A DNA stretch of 64,000 nucleotides, taken from NCBI GenBank assembly GCA_964016885.1, contig OZ024760.1, positions 32,364,001-32,428,000 of the forward strand. The letters are read 5' to 3'. This document shows positions 28,501 to 41,782 of this stretch, piece by piece. The number at the start of each line of letters is the position of its first letter. Position 1 is the first letter of the stretch. The notes under the pieces are model-generated. The model was not told the origin of the DNA and did not search any database. It saw only the letters and a program-made list of their open reading frames with translations. Both the position numbers and the translations under genes were made by a program. The stretch comes from Eledone cirrhosa (taxonomy: Eukaryota).

Positions 28501-31500
28501 GTGGAACCAGTACTGCCACATTAGAGGGAGCTAGCTGTAGTTGTGGAACCAGTACTGCCACATTAGAGGGAGCTAGCTGTAGTTGTGGGACGAGTACTGC
28601 CACATTAGAGGGAGCTAACTGTAATTGTGGAACCAGTACTGCCACATTATAGGGAGCTAGCTGTAATTGTGGAACCAGTACTTCCACATTAGAGGGAGCT
28701 AGCTGTAATTGTGGCACCAGTACTGCCACATTAGGGGGAGCTAGCTGTAATTGTGGAACCAGTACTTCCACATTAGGGGGAGTTAGCTGTAATTGTGGAA
28801 CCAGTACTGTCACATTAGAGGGAGCTAGCTGTAATTGTGGAACCAGTACTGCCACATTAGAGGGAACTAGCTGTAGTTGTGGAACCAGTACTGCCACATT
28901 AGAGGGAGCTAGCTGTAATTGTGGAACCAGTACTGCCACATTAGAGGGAACTAGCTGTAGTTGTGGAACCAGTACTGCCACATTAGAAGGAGCTAGCTGT
29001 AGTTGTGGAACCAGTACTGCCACATTAGAGGGAGCTAGCTGTAGTTGTGGAACCAGTACTGCCACATTAGAGGGAGCTAACTGTAATTGTGGAACCAGTA
29101 CTGTCACGTTAGAGGGAGCTAGCTGTAATTGTGGAACTAGTACTTCCACATTAGAGGGAGCTAGCTGTAGTTGTGGAACCAGTACTTCCACATTAGAGGG
29201 AGCTATCTGTAATTGTGGAACCAGTACTGTCACGTTAGAGGGAGCTAGCTGTAATTGTGGAACCAGTACTGTCACATTAGAGGGAGCTAGCTGTAATTGT
29301 GGAACTAGTACTTCCACATGAGAGGGAGCTAGCTGTAATTGTGGAACTAGTACTTCCACATTAGAGGGAGCTAGCTGTAGTTGTGGAACCAGTACTTCCA
29401 CATTAGAGGGAGCTATCTGTAATTGTGGCCCCAGTACTGCCACATTAAGGGGAGCTAGCTGTAATTGTGGAACCAGTACTGCCACATTAGAGGGAGCTAG
29501 CTGTAGTTGTGGAACTAGTACTTCCACATTAGAGGGAGCTAGCTGTAGTTGTGGAACCAGTACTTCCACATTAGAGGGAACTAACTGTAGTTGTGGAACC
29601 AGTACTGCCACATTAGAGGGAGCTAGCTGTAGTTGTGGAACTAGTACTTCCACATTAGAGGGAGCTAGCTGTAATTGTGGAACCAGTACTGCCACATTAG
29701 AGGGAGCTAGCTGTAATTGTGGAACCAGTACTGCCACATTAGAGGGAGCTAACTGTAATTGTGGAACCTGTACTGCCACATTAGAGAGAGCTAGCTGTAA
29801 TTGTGGAACCAGTACTACCACATTAGAGGGAGCTAGCTGTAATTGTGGAACCAGTACTGCCACATTAGAGAGAGCTAGCTGTAATTGTGGAACCAGTACT
29901 GCCACATTAGAAGGAGCTAGCTGTAATTGTGGAACCAGTACTGCCACATTAGAGGGAGCTAGCTGTAATTGTGGAACCAGTACTGCCACATTAGAAGGAG
30001 CTAGCTGTAATTGTGGAACCAGTACTGCCACATTAGAGGGAGCTAGCTGTAGTTGTGAAACCAGTACTGCCACATTAGAGGGAGCTAGCTGTAATTGTGG
30101 AACCAGTACTGCCACATTAGAGGGAGCTAGCTGTAATTGTGGAACCAGTACTGCCACATTAGAAGGAGCTAGCTGTAATTGTGGAACCAGTACTGCCACA
30201 TTAGAGGGAGCTAGCTGTAGTTGTGAAACCAGTACTGCCACATTAGAGGGAGCTAGCTGTAATTGTGGAACCAGTACTGCCACATTAGAGGGAGCTAGCT
30301 GTAATTGTGGAACCAGTACTGCCACATTAGAGGGAGCTAGCTGTAGTTGTGGAACCAGTACTGCCACATTAGAGAGAGCTAGCTGTAATTGTGGAACCAG
30401 TACTGCCACATTAGAAGGAGCTAGCTGTAATTGTGGAACCAGTACTGCCACATTAGAAGGAGCTAGCTGTAATTGTGGAACCAGTACTGCCACATTAGAG
30501 GGAGCTAGCTGTAGTTGTGAAACCAGTACTGCCACATTAGAGGGAGCTAGCTGTAATTGTGGAACCAGTACTGCCACATTAGAGGGAGCTAGCTGTAATT
30601 GTGGAACCAGTACTGCCACATTAGAGGGAGCTAGCTGTAGTTGTGAAACCAGTACTGCCACATTAGAGGGAGCTAGCTGTAGTTGTGAAACCAGTACTGC
30701 CACATTAGAGGGAGCTAGCTGTAATTGTGGAACCAGTACTGCCACATTAGAGGGAGCTAGCTGTAGTTGTGAAACCAGTACTGCCACATTAGAGGGAGCT
30801 AGCTGTAATTGTGGAACCAGTACTGCCACATTAGAGAGAGCTAGCTGTAATTGTGGAACCAGTACTGCCACATTAGAGGGAGCTAGCTGTAGTTGTGAAA
30901 CCAGTACTGCCACATTAGAGGGAGCTAGCTGTAGTTGTGGAACCAGTACTGTCACATTAGAGGGAGCTAGCTGTAGTTGTGGAACCAGTACTGTCACATT
31001 AGAGGGAGTTAGCTGTAATTGTGGAACCAGTACTGCCACATTAGAGGGAGCTAGCTGTAATTGTGGGACCAGTACTGCCACATTAGAGGGAGTTAGCCCT
31101 AATTGTGGAACCAGTACTGCCACATTAGAGGGAGCTAGCTGTAATTGTGGGACCAGTACTGCCACATTAGAGGGAGTTAGCTGTAATTGTGGCACCAGTA
31201 CTACCACATTAGAGGGAGCTAGCTGTAATTGTGGAACCAGTACTACCACATTAGAGGGAGCTAGCTGTAGTTGTGGAACCAGTACTGCCACATTAGAGGG
31301 AGCTAGCTGTAATTGTGGCACTAGTACTTCCACATTAGAGGGAGCTAGCTGTAGTTGTGGAACCAGTACTGCCACATTAGAGGGAGCTAGCTGTAATTGT
31401 GGGACCAGTACTGCCACATTAGAGGGAGCTAGCTGTAGTTGTGAAACCAGTACTGCCACATTAGAGGGAGCTAGCTGTAGTTGTGGAACCAGTACTGTCA

Positions 31501-34500
31501 CATTAGAGGGAGCTAGCTGTAATTGTGGGACCAGTACTGCCACATTAGAGGGAGTTAGCTGTAATTGTGGCACCAGTACTACCACATTAGAGGGAGCTAG
31601 CTGTAATTGTGGAACCAGTACTACCACATTAGAGGGAGCTAGCTGTAGTTGTGGAACCAGTACTGCCACATTAGAGGGAGCTAGCTGTAATTGTGGCACT
31701 AGTACTTCCACATTAGAGGGAGCTAGCTGTAGTTGTGGAACCAGTACTGCCACATTAGAGGGAGCTAGCTGTAATTGTGGGACCAGTACTGCCACATTAG
31801 AGGGAGTTAGCTGTAATTGTGGCACCAGTACTACCACATTAGAGGGAGCTAGCTGTAATTGTGGAACCAGTACTACCACATTAGAGGGAGCTAGCTGTAG
31901 TTGTGGAACTAGTACTTCCACATTAGAGGGAGCTAGCTGTAGTTGTGGAACCAGTACTTCCACATTAGAGGGAACTAGCTGTAGTTGTGGAACCAGTACT
32001 GCCACATTAGAGGGAGCTAGCTGTAGTTGTGGAACTAGTACTTCCACATTAGAGGGAGCTAGCTGTAATTGTGGAACCAGTACTGCCACATTAGAGAGAG
32101 CTAGCTGTAATTGTGGAACCAGTACTGCCACATTAGAGAGAGCTAGCTGTAATTGTGGAACCAGTACTGCCACATTAGAGAGAGCTAGCTGTAATTGTGG
32201 AACCAGTACTGCCACATTAGAGAGAGCTAGCTGTAATTGTGGAACCAGTACTGCCACATTAGAAGGAGCTAGCTGTAATTGTGGGACCAGTACTGCCACA
32301 TTAGAGGGAGTTAGCTGTAATTGTGGAACCAGTACTGCCACATTAGAGGGAGTTAGCTGTAATTGTGGAACCAGTACTGCCACATTAGAGAGAGCTAGCT
32401 GTAATTGTGGAACCAGTACTGCCACATTAGAGGGAGCTAGCTGTAGTTGTGAAACCAGTACTGCCACATTAGAGGGAGCTAGCTGTAATTGTGGAACCAG
32501 TACTGCCACATTAGAGGGAGCTAGCTGTAGTTGTAAAACCAGTACTGCCACATTAGAGGGAGCTAGCTGTAATTGTGGAACCAGTACTGCCACATTAGAA
32601 GGAGCTAGCTGTAATTGTGGGACCAGTACTGCCACATTAGAGGGAGTTAGCTGTAATTGTGGAACCAGTACTGCCACATTAGAGAGAGCTAGCTGTAATT
32701 GTGGAACCAGTACTGCCACATTAGAGAGAGCTAGCTGTAATTGTGGAACCAGTACTGTCACATTAGAGAGAGCTAGCTGTAATTGTGGAACCAGTACTGC
32801 CACATTAGAGGGAGTTAGCTGTAATTGTGGAACCAGTACTGCCACATTAGAGAGAGCTAGCTGTAATTGTGGAACCAGTACTGCCACATTAGAGAGAGCT
32901 AGCTGTAATTGTGGAACCAGTACTGCCACATTAGAGAGAGCTAGCTGTAATTGTGGAACCAGTACTGCCACATTAGAGAGAGCTAGCTGTAATTGTGGAA
33001 CCAGTACTGCCACATTAGAAGGAGCTAGCTGTAATTGTGGGACCAGTACTGCCACATTAGAGGGAGTTAGCTGTAATTGTGGAACCAGTACTGCCACATT
33101 AGAGGGAGTTAGCTGTAATTGTGGAACCAGTACTGCCACATTAGAGAGAGCTAGCTGTAATTGTGGAACCAGTACTGCCACATTAGAGAGAGCTAGCTGT
33201 AATTGTGGAACCAGTACTGCCACATTAGAGAGAGCTAGCTGTAATTGTGGAACCAGTACTGCCACATTAGAGAGAGCTAGCTGTAATTGTGGAACCAGTA
33301 CTGCCACATTAGAAGGAGCTAGCTGTAATTGTGGGACCAGTACTGCCACATTAGAGGGAGTTAGCTGTAATTGTGGAACCAGTACTGCCACATTAGAGGG
33401 AGCTAGCTGTAGTTGTGGAACCAGTACTGTCACATTAGAGGGAGCTAGCTGTAATTGTGGGACCAGTACTGCCACATTAGAGGGAGCTAGCTGTAATTGT
33501 GGAACCAGTACTGCCACATTAGAGGGAGCTAGCTGTAGTTGTGAAACCAGTACTGCCACATTAGAGGGAGCTAGCTGTAGTTGTGGAACCAGTACTGTCA
33601 CATTAGAGGGAGCTAGCTGTAATTGTGGGACCAGTACTGCCACATTAGAGGGAGTTAGCTGTAATTGTGGCACCAGTACTACCACATTAGAGGGAGCTAG
33701 CTGTAATTGTGGAACCAGTACTACCACATTAGAGGGAGCTAGCTGTAGTTGTGGAACCAGTACTGCCACATTAGAGGGAGCTAGCTGTAATTGTGGCACT
33801 AGTACTTCCACATTAGAGGGAGCTAGCTGTAGTTGTGGAACCAGTACTGCCACATTAGAGGGAGCTAGCTGTAATTGTGGGACCAGTACTGCCACATTAG
33901 AGGGAGTTAGCTGTAATTGTGGCACCAGTACTACCACATTAGAGGGAGCTAGCTGTAATTGTGGAACCAGTACTGCCACATTAGAAGGAGCTAGCTGTAA
34001 TTGTGGAACCAGTACTGCCACATTAGAGGGAGCTAGCTGTAGTTGTGAAACCAGTACTGCCACATTAGAGGGAGCTAGCTGTAGTTGTGGAACCAGTACT
34101 GTCACATTAGAGGGAGCTAGCTGTAATTGTGGGACCAGTACTGCCACATTAGAGGGAGTTAGCTGTAATTGTGGCACCAGTACTACCACATTAGAGGGAG
34201 CTAGCTGTAATTGTGGAACCAGTACTACCACATTAGAGGGAGCTAGCTGTAGTTGTGGAACCAGTACTGCCACATTAGAGGGAGCTAGCTGTAATTGTGG
34301 CACTAGTACTTCCACATTAGAGGGAGCTAGCTGTAGTTGTGGAACCAGTACTGCCACATTAGAGGGAGCTAGCTGTAATTGTGGGACCAGTACTGCCACA
34401 TTAGAGGGAGTTAGCTGTAATTGTGGCACCAGTACTACCACATTAGAGGGAGCTAGCTGTAATTGTGGAACCAGTACTACCACATTAGAGGGAGCTAGCT

Positions 34501-34985
34501 GTAGTTGTGGAACCAGTACTGCCACATTAGAGGGAGCTAGCTGTAATTGTGGAACCAGTACTCCCACATTAGAGGGAGCTAGCTGTAGTTGTGGAACCAG
34601 TCCTGCCACATTAGAGGGACCTAGCTGTAGTTGTGAAACCAGTACTGCCACATTAGAGGGAGCTAGCTGTAGTTGTGGAACCAGTACTGTCACATTAGAG
34701 GGAGCTAGCTGTAGTTGTGGAACCAGTACTGTCACATTAGAGGGAGCTAGCTGTAGTTGTGGAACCAGTACTCCCACATTAGAGGGAGCTAGCTGTAATT
34801 GTGGAACCAGTACTGCCACATTAGGGGTTGCTCGCTGTAATTGTGGAACCAGTACTGCCACATTAGAGGGAGCTAGCTGTAATTGTGGAACCAGTACTGC
34901 CACATTAGAGGGAGCTAGCTGTAATTGTGGAACCACTACTGCCACATGAGGGTGAGCTAGCCGTAATTGTGGAACCCCCAGTACT
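4534..34985. repeat. Giant intronic 42-bp satellite array (~30.4 kb, roughly 725 units)
   Basis: Consensus gtactgccacattagagggagctagctgtaRttgtggaacca; 39-bp (loss of tta) and 41-bp variants; explains all VAVLVPQLQLAPSN / GTSTATLEGASCNC ORFs. Confidence 0.99.
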
Positions 34986-35072
34986 AAAGAAGTGGTCTGT
35001 TTTTCATCATAATTCCTTAAAAATCACATTTTATTTTTTAATGTAATTTAGTCTGCTTCTTCTGGTCATTAA

Positions 35073-35449
35073 CCCTTTATCATTTACATTACTCTATATA
35101 TACTATTTTATTTTCACAGTAAAGTCTTTACCTCACATAATATCTCATAACATTTACATTACTCTATATATACTATTGTATTTTCACAGTAAAGACTTTA
35201 TCTCACATAACATTTACATTACTCTATATATACTATTGTATTTTAACAGTAAAGACTTTACCTCACATAATATCTCATAACATTTACATTACTCTATATA
35301 TACTATTGTATTTATCACATATCAAATCTATAAGATTTTGATATCTATTTTGAGAACAATACTTTATTGGTATGAACAGCCGGTTATAGCCGTTTTAAAC
35401 AGAAATAGGTGAGAGTTGTCGCTGGATATGGCCAGTTTAAATGTTAGAG
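35073..35449 (-). mobile_element. MITE of the 691-865 family with an internally amplified ~60-70-bp terminal segment
   Basis: ttaa|ccctttatcatttac ... ggccagtttaaatgttagag|ttaa; internal sequence matches the reverse complement of 691-865; acatttacattactctatatatactattgta repeated ~4 times. Confidence 0.65.
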
Positions 35450-35506
35450 TTAAAGCCACCAAAACTAATGATAATATTTTCCCTATCACCTCTGAATATA
35501 TTACAG

Positions 35507-35653
35507 GAGATGGCCAGTGATGCTATGAAGTCGTTACGAAATAAGTTAACCAAACAAGCTATTAATGAGCACCAGCTGTCCCAAACGACTGGAAGTGTCA
35601 CCGATCTCATTAAATGTGGAAAGTGTAAGAAGACAAACTGTACATATAACCAG
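35507..35653 (+). CDS. TCEA1: TFIIS coding exon (linker and first half of zinc ribbon)
   Basis: ttacag|GAG ATG GCC...AAC CAG|gtacgt; [49 protein letters not shown]; continues MTAE|EMASD across a ~31-kb intron. Confidence 0.96.
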
Positions 35654-35877
35654 GTACGTCATAATGGCTGTGTGTGGGTTGCTATGGTGTGTCTGTGTCA
35701 CAGAGAGTGTCTCTTTGTTGCAACGGGTGTGTCTGTGTCACATAGTGGGTAGAAGACAACCTGTACATATAACCAGGTATGTCACAGTGGATGTGTGTGT
35801 GCTTGGAAGTTTCACCAATCTCAATATGGTTGGCTTATGTGAGAAAACCAACATTACATATAACCAGGTGTGTTAAC

Positions 35878-36775
35878 AGTAGAGGAAGACCTGGGCAGGT
35901 GTTATAGTAGAGGAATACCTGAGCAGGTGTTATAGTAGAGGAATACCTGGGCAGGTGTTATAGTAGAGGAATACCTGGGCAGGTGTTATAGTAGAGGAAG
36001 ACCTGGACAGGTGTTATAGTAGAGGAAGACCTGGGCACTGGTGTGATAGTAGAGGAAGACCTGGACAGGTGTTATAGTAGAGGAATACCTGGGCAGGTGT
36101 TATAGTAGAGGAATACCTGGGCAGGTGTTATAGTAGAGGAAGACCTGGGCACTGGTGTTATAGTAGAGGAATACCTGGACAGGTGTTATAGTAGAGGAAG
36201 ACCTGGGCAGGTGTTATAGTAGAGGAATACCTGGGCAGGTGTTATAGTAGAGGAAGACCTGGACAGGTGTTATAGTAGAGGAAGACCTGGGCACTGGTGT
36301 TATAGTAGAGGAAGACCTGGGCAGGTGTTATAGTAGAGGAATACCTGGGCAGGTGTTATAGTAGAGGAAGACCTGGGCACTGGTGTTATAGTAGAGGAAG
36401 ACCTGGGCACTGGTGTTATAGTAGAGGAAGACCTGGGCACTGGTGTTATAGTAGAGGAATACCTGGGCACTGGTGTTATAGTAGAGGAAACCTGGGCACT
36501 GGTGTTATAGTAGAGGAATACCTGGGCACTGGTGTTATAGTAGAGGAATACCTGGGCACTGGTGTTATAGTAGAGGAATACCTGGGCACTGGTGTTATAG
36601 TAGAGGAATACCTGGGCACTGGTGTTATAGTAGAGGAAGACCTGGACACTGGTGTTATAGTAGAGGAATACCTGGGCACTGGTGTTATAGTAGAGGAAGA
36701 CCTGGGCACTGGTGTTATAGTAGAGGAAGACCTGGACACTGGTGTTATAGTAGAGGAATACCTGGGCAGGTGTTA
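35878..36775. repeat. 28/30-bp minisatellite, ~30 copies
   Basis: Unit tagtagaggaa(t/g)acctgggca(ct)ggtgtta; 28-bp form dominates 5', 30-bp form dominates 3'. Confidence 0.95.
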
Positions 36776-37356
36776 CAATAGATATAACTAGGTATATTAA
36801 AGTTGAGGAATACCTGGACACAGGTGTTAAAAGCTGATTTCAAATCATTGAAATTCACAGAAGAGATGACAAAGGAACACAACAGGTGGAGAGATGCTGG
36901 AAACGTTATTTCACTGGTCGTGTTTAAAATCCAAAGAGGTGCCACTGAAGTATAAAACATTATTTAGCGATGGAGTGAAATTGTTGTTTATTGAGAATGT
37001 GTCAGGGTAACAGGGATATTGAGAAGGATTGTAGTGAAAACTATCTTACTTTTTATGATGTTGAAATACATGGTATGGTATGGTTTTATCTAAAGATGTA
37101 CCTGTCTAACCCATGCTAACGTGGGAAAATTGTCGTTAGACAATGATGATGATGATGATGATGATGAAGTTACACTGTATATGGTTTTATTTAGACAGAA
37201 GTACCTGGTAAACATTATGTAACAACCATTTAGTAAAGTTTCGTTAATGTTTTCTTGTGCTGTCTGTCTTTCTGTTTTTATATCAAACCAGTTTAAATGA
37301 CCCCTTCCTTGTCTTTGTCTGGTCCTTATCTGTTTATATATGAACCCAATATTAAT

Positions 37357-37545
37357 TGTTTCTACTTTTGGCACAAGGCCAGTAATTACCCAGTACATTA
37401 CTGGTACTTTATTTTATCGACCCCGTAAGGATGAAAGGCAAAGTTAACCTCGGCGGGATTTGAACTCAGATCGTAAAGGGACGTAACTATGCTGCAAAGC
37501 ATGGCGTCCGACTCTCTACCGATACTGCCAATTCACCGCCCCCTC
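37357..37545 (-). mobile_element. Full-length tRNA-derived SINE with 17-bp target-site duplication
   Basis: TSD atgaacccaatattaat at 37340-37356 and 37546-37562; minus strand has A-box-like TGGCAGTATCGG and B-box GAGTTCAAATCC; truncated sister copy at ~48058-48166. Confidence 0.88.
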
Positions 37546-37598
37546 ATGAACCCAATATTAATGACCCCTATCTATCTATCTCTCTCCCCTATTTTCAG

Positions 37599-37670
37599 GT
37601 ACAGACAAGAAGTGCTGATGAACCTATGACTACATTTGTGTTGTGCAATGTTTGTGGTCATAGATGGAAA
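37599..37670 (+). CDS. TCEA1: TFIIS coding exon (acidic hairpin, zinc ribbon)
   Basis: tttcag|GTA...AAA|gtaagt; [24 protein letters not shown] with the invariant RSADE catalytic motif. Confidence 0.97.
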
Positions 37671-38314
37671 GTAAGTACACAATACAGTTCTGTGACTGAT
37701 TTTAACAATTTGGTTCATAATTGTAGAATATTGTAGGGTGGGGGGTTGGTGTCCTTAACACACACACACACACACACACAGAGGTTGACAGATGTCATTT
37801 GAGGGTTAAGTTTCAATACCAAACTGTCCCTGGTTCTGACACAAAGTAGTATACTATGGTACACAATCTAATTATCTATAGTACCCCATCTAATTATAGT
37901 ACTCTGTCTAATCGTCTCTAGTATGCTAATTGTCTGTAGTTTGTAAAGAAAAGTGTTGTTTATTAGAAAGACTACAGCAATGTAATTGGGACATTAAATG
38001 TTAAATATAACAACAAAGGTGCTATGATGTTGCCTTGGAGTTGTTTAGTCCTGAATATTTCAGGGTAAAAATTCCTTTATCAAAAGAAGAGTTGAAGAAA
38101 CGAACGAGTAGGATATCTTGTTGCGATGTTGTAATTTTGGGTTCTGAAAGTGCTGGGTTTATATTTCAACACCATGATCCCTCCACAACTTTCAAGACAT
38201 CTTACTTTGACCCTTTTTTAATCCTCTTTTGATGAAGAGTTTTTGTCCCCTTTGTAATACTGTAAAGCCTTCGAAATAGAACACCGGCTTTCTTTGTATA
38301 TCTTTGTGTTGTAC

Positions 38315-38572
38315 CACCTCTCAGGTGTGACATGACTGGTTCTTCTCTGAGGTAACACATTTAGAGTCGCACAACTCTCAGGTGTGACATGACAGCCTCT
38401 TCTGAGGTAACACAATATTTAGTGACACAACTCTCAGGTGTGACATGACAGCCTCTTCTGAGGTAACACAATATTTAGTGACACAACTCTCAGGTGTGAC
38501 ATGACAGCCTCTTCTGAGGTAACACAATATTTAGTGACACAACTTTCAGGTGTGACATGACAGCCTCTTCCT
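38315..38572. repeat. 56-bp minisatellite, ~4.5 copies
   Basis: Unit cacaactctcaggtgtgacatgacagcctcttctgaggtaacacaatatttagtga. Confidence 0.9.
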
Positions 38573-38735
38573 GGGTCAAATACTGCTGGTCATTCTCTCT
38601 GTCAGTTCCACAACCCTTAACCACCATCATGTTCACATAGTTTGTCAACACTAAATATATTTTTATTTTTGTCAGTTTAATGACTTTAAATATATTTTAT
38701 TGTATATTTTAATTAATTTTTGTCATCTTTTTCAG

Positions 38736-38744
38736 TTTTGTTGA
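38736..38744 (+). CDS. TCEA1: TFIIS terminal coding exon (FC-stop), followed by 3'UTR with (CAC/CAT)n
   Basis: Polypyrimidine tract tcatctttttcag|TTT TGT TGA; completes the conserved C-terminus RWK-FC*. Confidence 0.88.
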   Translation, partial: FC

Positions 38745-39078
38745 TGAAGCAGCCATAGAATCTATCTCTTTCTCTCTGATCACAAGCCATAGGCCGCTAC
38801 CACCACCATCATCACCATCATCATCATCATCACAACAACCACCACCATCAACAATAATGCCAGCACCACCACCATCATCACCGATATCATCATCATCATT
38901 ATCATCATCCCTTTGCTACAACTCAATGTCTTGAAGAAGAAGCAGCTCTGATCAGTTCAATGGTGGGATTAGTTGATGTATTTCAAGGTTTAGAGAGATG
39001 AAAAAGCAACCGGAGAACTTCACATGATACACAAATATTATATATATATATATATATACACTATATATATATATACAC

Positions 39079-39115
<37 letters not shown>

Positions 39116-39720
39116 GCACACACACACATCCACCCTTCCTTTCCCCTCACTCAAGAAGAATACGATGAGTTTAAGAGATGAAAAACAAAAAATTCTGAAA
39201 GGATAGACGAAAATGAAGCTGTCGCCATTATCTATCCTCTTCCTGCTCCTTTTAACATGGCTGTTAATTTACTGCAGATGTTCACCTGTCCATTTTTCAC
39301 CGAACCTCTTCTTTCTCCTAGGGCTCTGTCTTATCTGTTTGCCCCTGGCTCACAGTTCAATATTCTGCTAGCAAAGCTTTGCTGTCTACACCATACACCA
39401 GATCTCTCATTCTGTCAGCTCCATTTTCTTGATAATCACAGCTACATACAACACTGGCTATATATTATATATATATACACTCACACACACATATATATAT
39501 ACATACATACATATATATATGTGTGTGTGTATATTTTTGTTTATATATATATTTGTGTATATATATATACATATATATGTGTGTGTGTGTGTATATCTAC
39601 ATATGTTTGTATAGATGTATGTGCTATATATATATATATATACACACACACAAACTGAAGATATCTGCACATAAATACATACACATATATATATGTGTAT
39701 GTGTCTGTGTATCATATATA

Positions 39721-39765
<45 letters not shown>

Positions 39766-39946
39766 GTCTATATATTTATATGTCTATATATTTATATATA
39801 TATTTATTTATATATATTTATATGTCTATATATTTATATATATATTTATTTATATATATTTATATGTCTATATATTTATATATATATATATATATTTATG
39901 TCTATATATTTATATATATATATATATATATATATTTATGTCTATA

Positions 39947-39983
<37 letters not shown>

Positions 39984-40016
39984 GTCTATATATTTATATA
40001 TATATTTATGTCTATA

Positions 40017-40052
<36 letters not shown>

Positions 40053-40445
40053 TTTATATTTATGTCTATATATATATATATGTCTATATATTTATATGTC
40101 TATATATTTATATATAACATCTTTCTATCTCTAAAATGACTTTGTTGTTGTAATTTTTCAAAATATTAACTTTTGTCTTTTGATGAAAAATGTCCATTAC
40201 CAATAATTGTCATCACTGCACGTATATATATATATATATATATATAGATATATATATATATATATATACGTGCAGTGTATATATATATATATATATATAT
40301 ATATGTGCGTGTGTATATATATATACACACACACTGTGTGATATATATATACATACATTCACTACTATATAATGTCAGGGAAGATTTGCTTGCTACCAAA
40401 AATATGATCAGTGCATATATGTACATACACACACACACACACATT

Positions 40446-40477
<32 letters not shown>

Positions 40478-40835
40478 CATACACACATATATATATATAT
40501 ACATACACACATATATATATATATATATATATACATACACCATATATATATATATACATACATACACCATATATATATACATACACATATATATATATAC
40601 ACAAACATATATATATATACACACACATATATATATATACACACATACATATATATATACACACATACATATATATATATATACACACACATATAAATAT
40701 ACACATATATATATATACATAAACATATATATATACACATACATATATATATACATACACGTATATATATATATATACACACATATATATACATACACAT
40801 ATATATACATACACATATATATATATATACACACC

Positions 40836-40879
<44 letters not shown>

Positions 40880-41702
40880 CACATGCATATATATATATAT
40901 ATATGTACATACACATATATATATATACATACATATATATATATATATAATTACATAAACACAGAAATGTTTATGTAATTTTTTAAATGTTCAATTTTAT
41001 AATTCTCATTATTTAAATTTTCATTTCTCCCCTTCTCATAACACTGTCTCTCTCTCTCACTCTCTCTCTCCTCATAACACTGCCTCTCTCACTCTCTCTT
41101 ATAATACTGCCTCCCCCCTCTCTCTCTCCACTATCTCCCCCTCCCTCTACACATTACAAGTTTTCTTTATTTTCCTTCATCTCATCATTCTCACTTCATT
41201 GCAATTGTTTGTTTGTTTCTACTTTCTATCCTTCCATGGGATTTAGCCTCTCATACACACTCTCTCTCTCATTCTCTTTGTGTGTATATACACACACACA
41301 CTCTCTCTCATTCTCTTTGTGTGTATATACACACACTCTCTCTCATTCTCTTTGTGTGTATATACACACACTCTCTCTCATTCTCTTTGTGTGTATATAC
41401 ACACTCTCTCTCATTCTCTTTGTGTGTATATACACACACTCTCTCTCATTCTCTTTGTGTGTATATACACACACTCTCACATTCTCTTTGTGTATATATA
41501 TACACACACACACACCCTCTCATTCTCTTTGTATATATATATATATATACACACACACTCTCTCATTCTCCTTGTGTATATATATGTATATATACTCACA
41601 CTCTCATTTTTTTTTGTGTATATATATATGTATATATACACGCACACATATATATAAGCTTTTTTTTATATCTTTCTGTGTATGTATAATATATATATAT
41701 AC

Positions 41703-41775
<73 letters not shown>

Positions 41776-41782
41776 GGACCAA

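Noticed and set aside
4436-34945. Very long ORFs on both strands (up to 2165 aa; VAVLVPQLQLAPSN and Cys-rich GTSTATLEGASCNC repeats) as antifreeze-, mucin- or metallothionein-like proteins
   Set aside because: They follow from a 42-bp unit lacking stops in those frames. Starts are GTG/TTG, 41-bp frameshifting units and stops are scattered, there is no signal peptide or unique domain, and the tract lies inside a TFIIS intron whose flanking exons join perfectly.
4534-34985. CRISPR array (palindromic repeats with a GTGGAAC-like end)
   Set aside because: Units are head-to-tail with no unique spacers, there are no cas genes, and the context is eukaryotic and spliceosomal.
37610-37625. CTGATGA as a hammerhead core (also at ~44573)
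   Set aside because: Part of the Ala-Asp-Glu codons (or LINE coding sequence); no flanking stems or correctly placed GAAA.
38795-38910. Poly-His coding tract
   Set aside because: Lies after the TFIIS stop codon; a (CAC/CAT)n microsatellite in the presumed 3'UTR.
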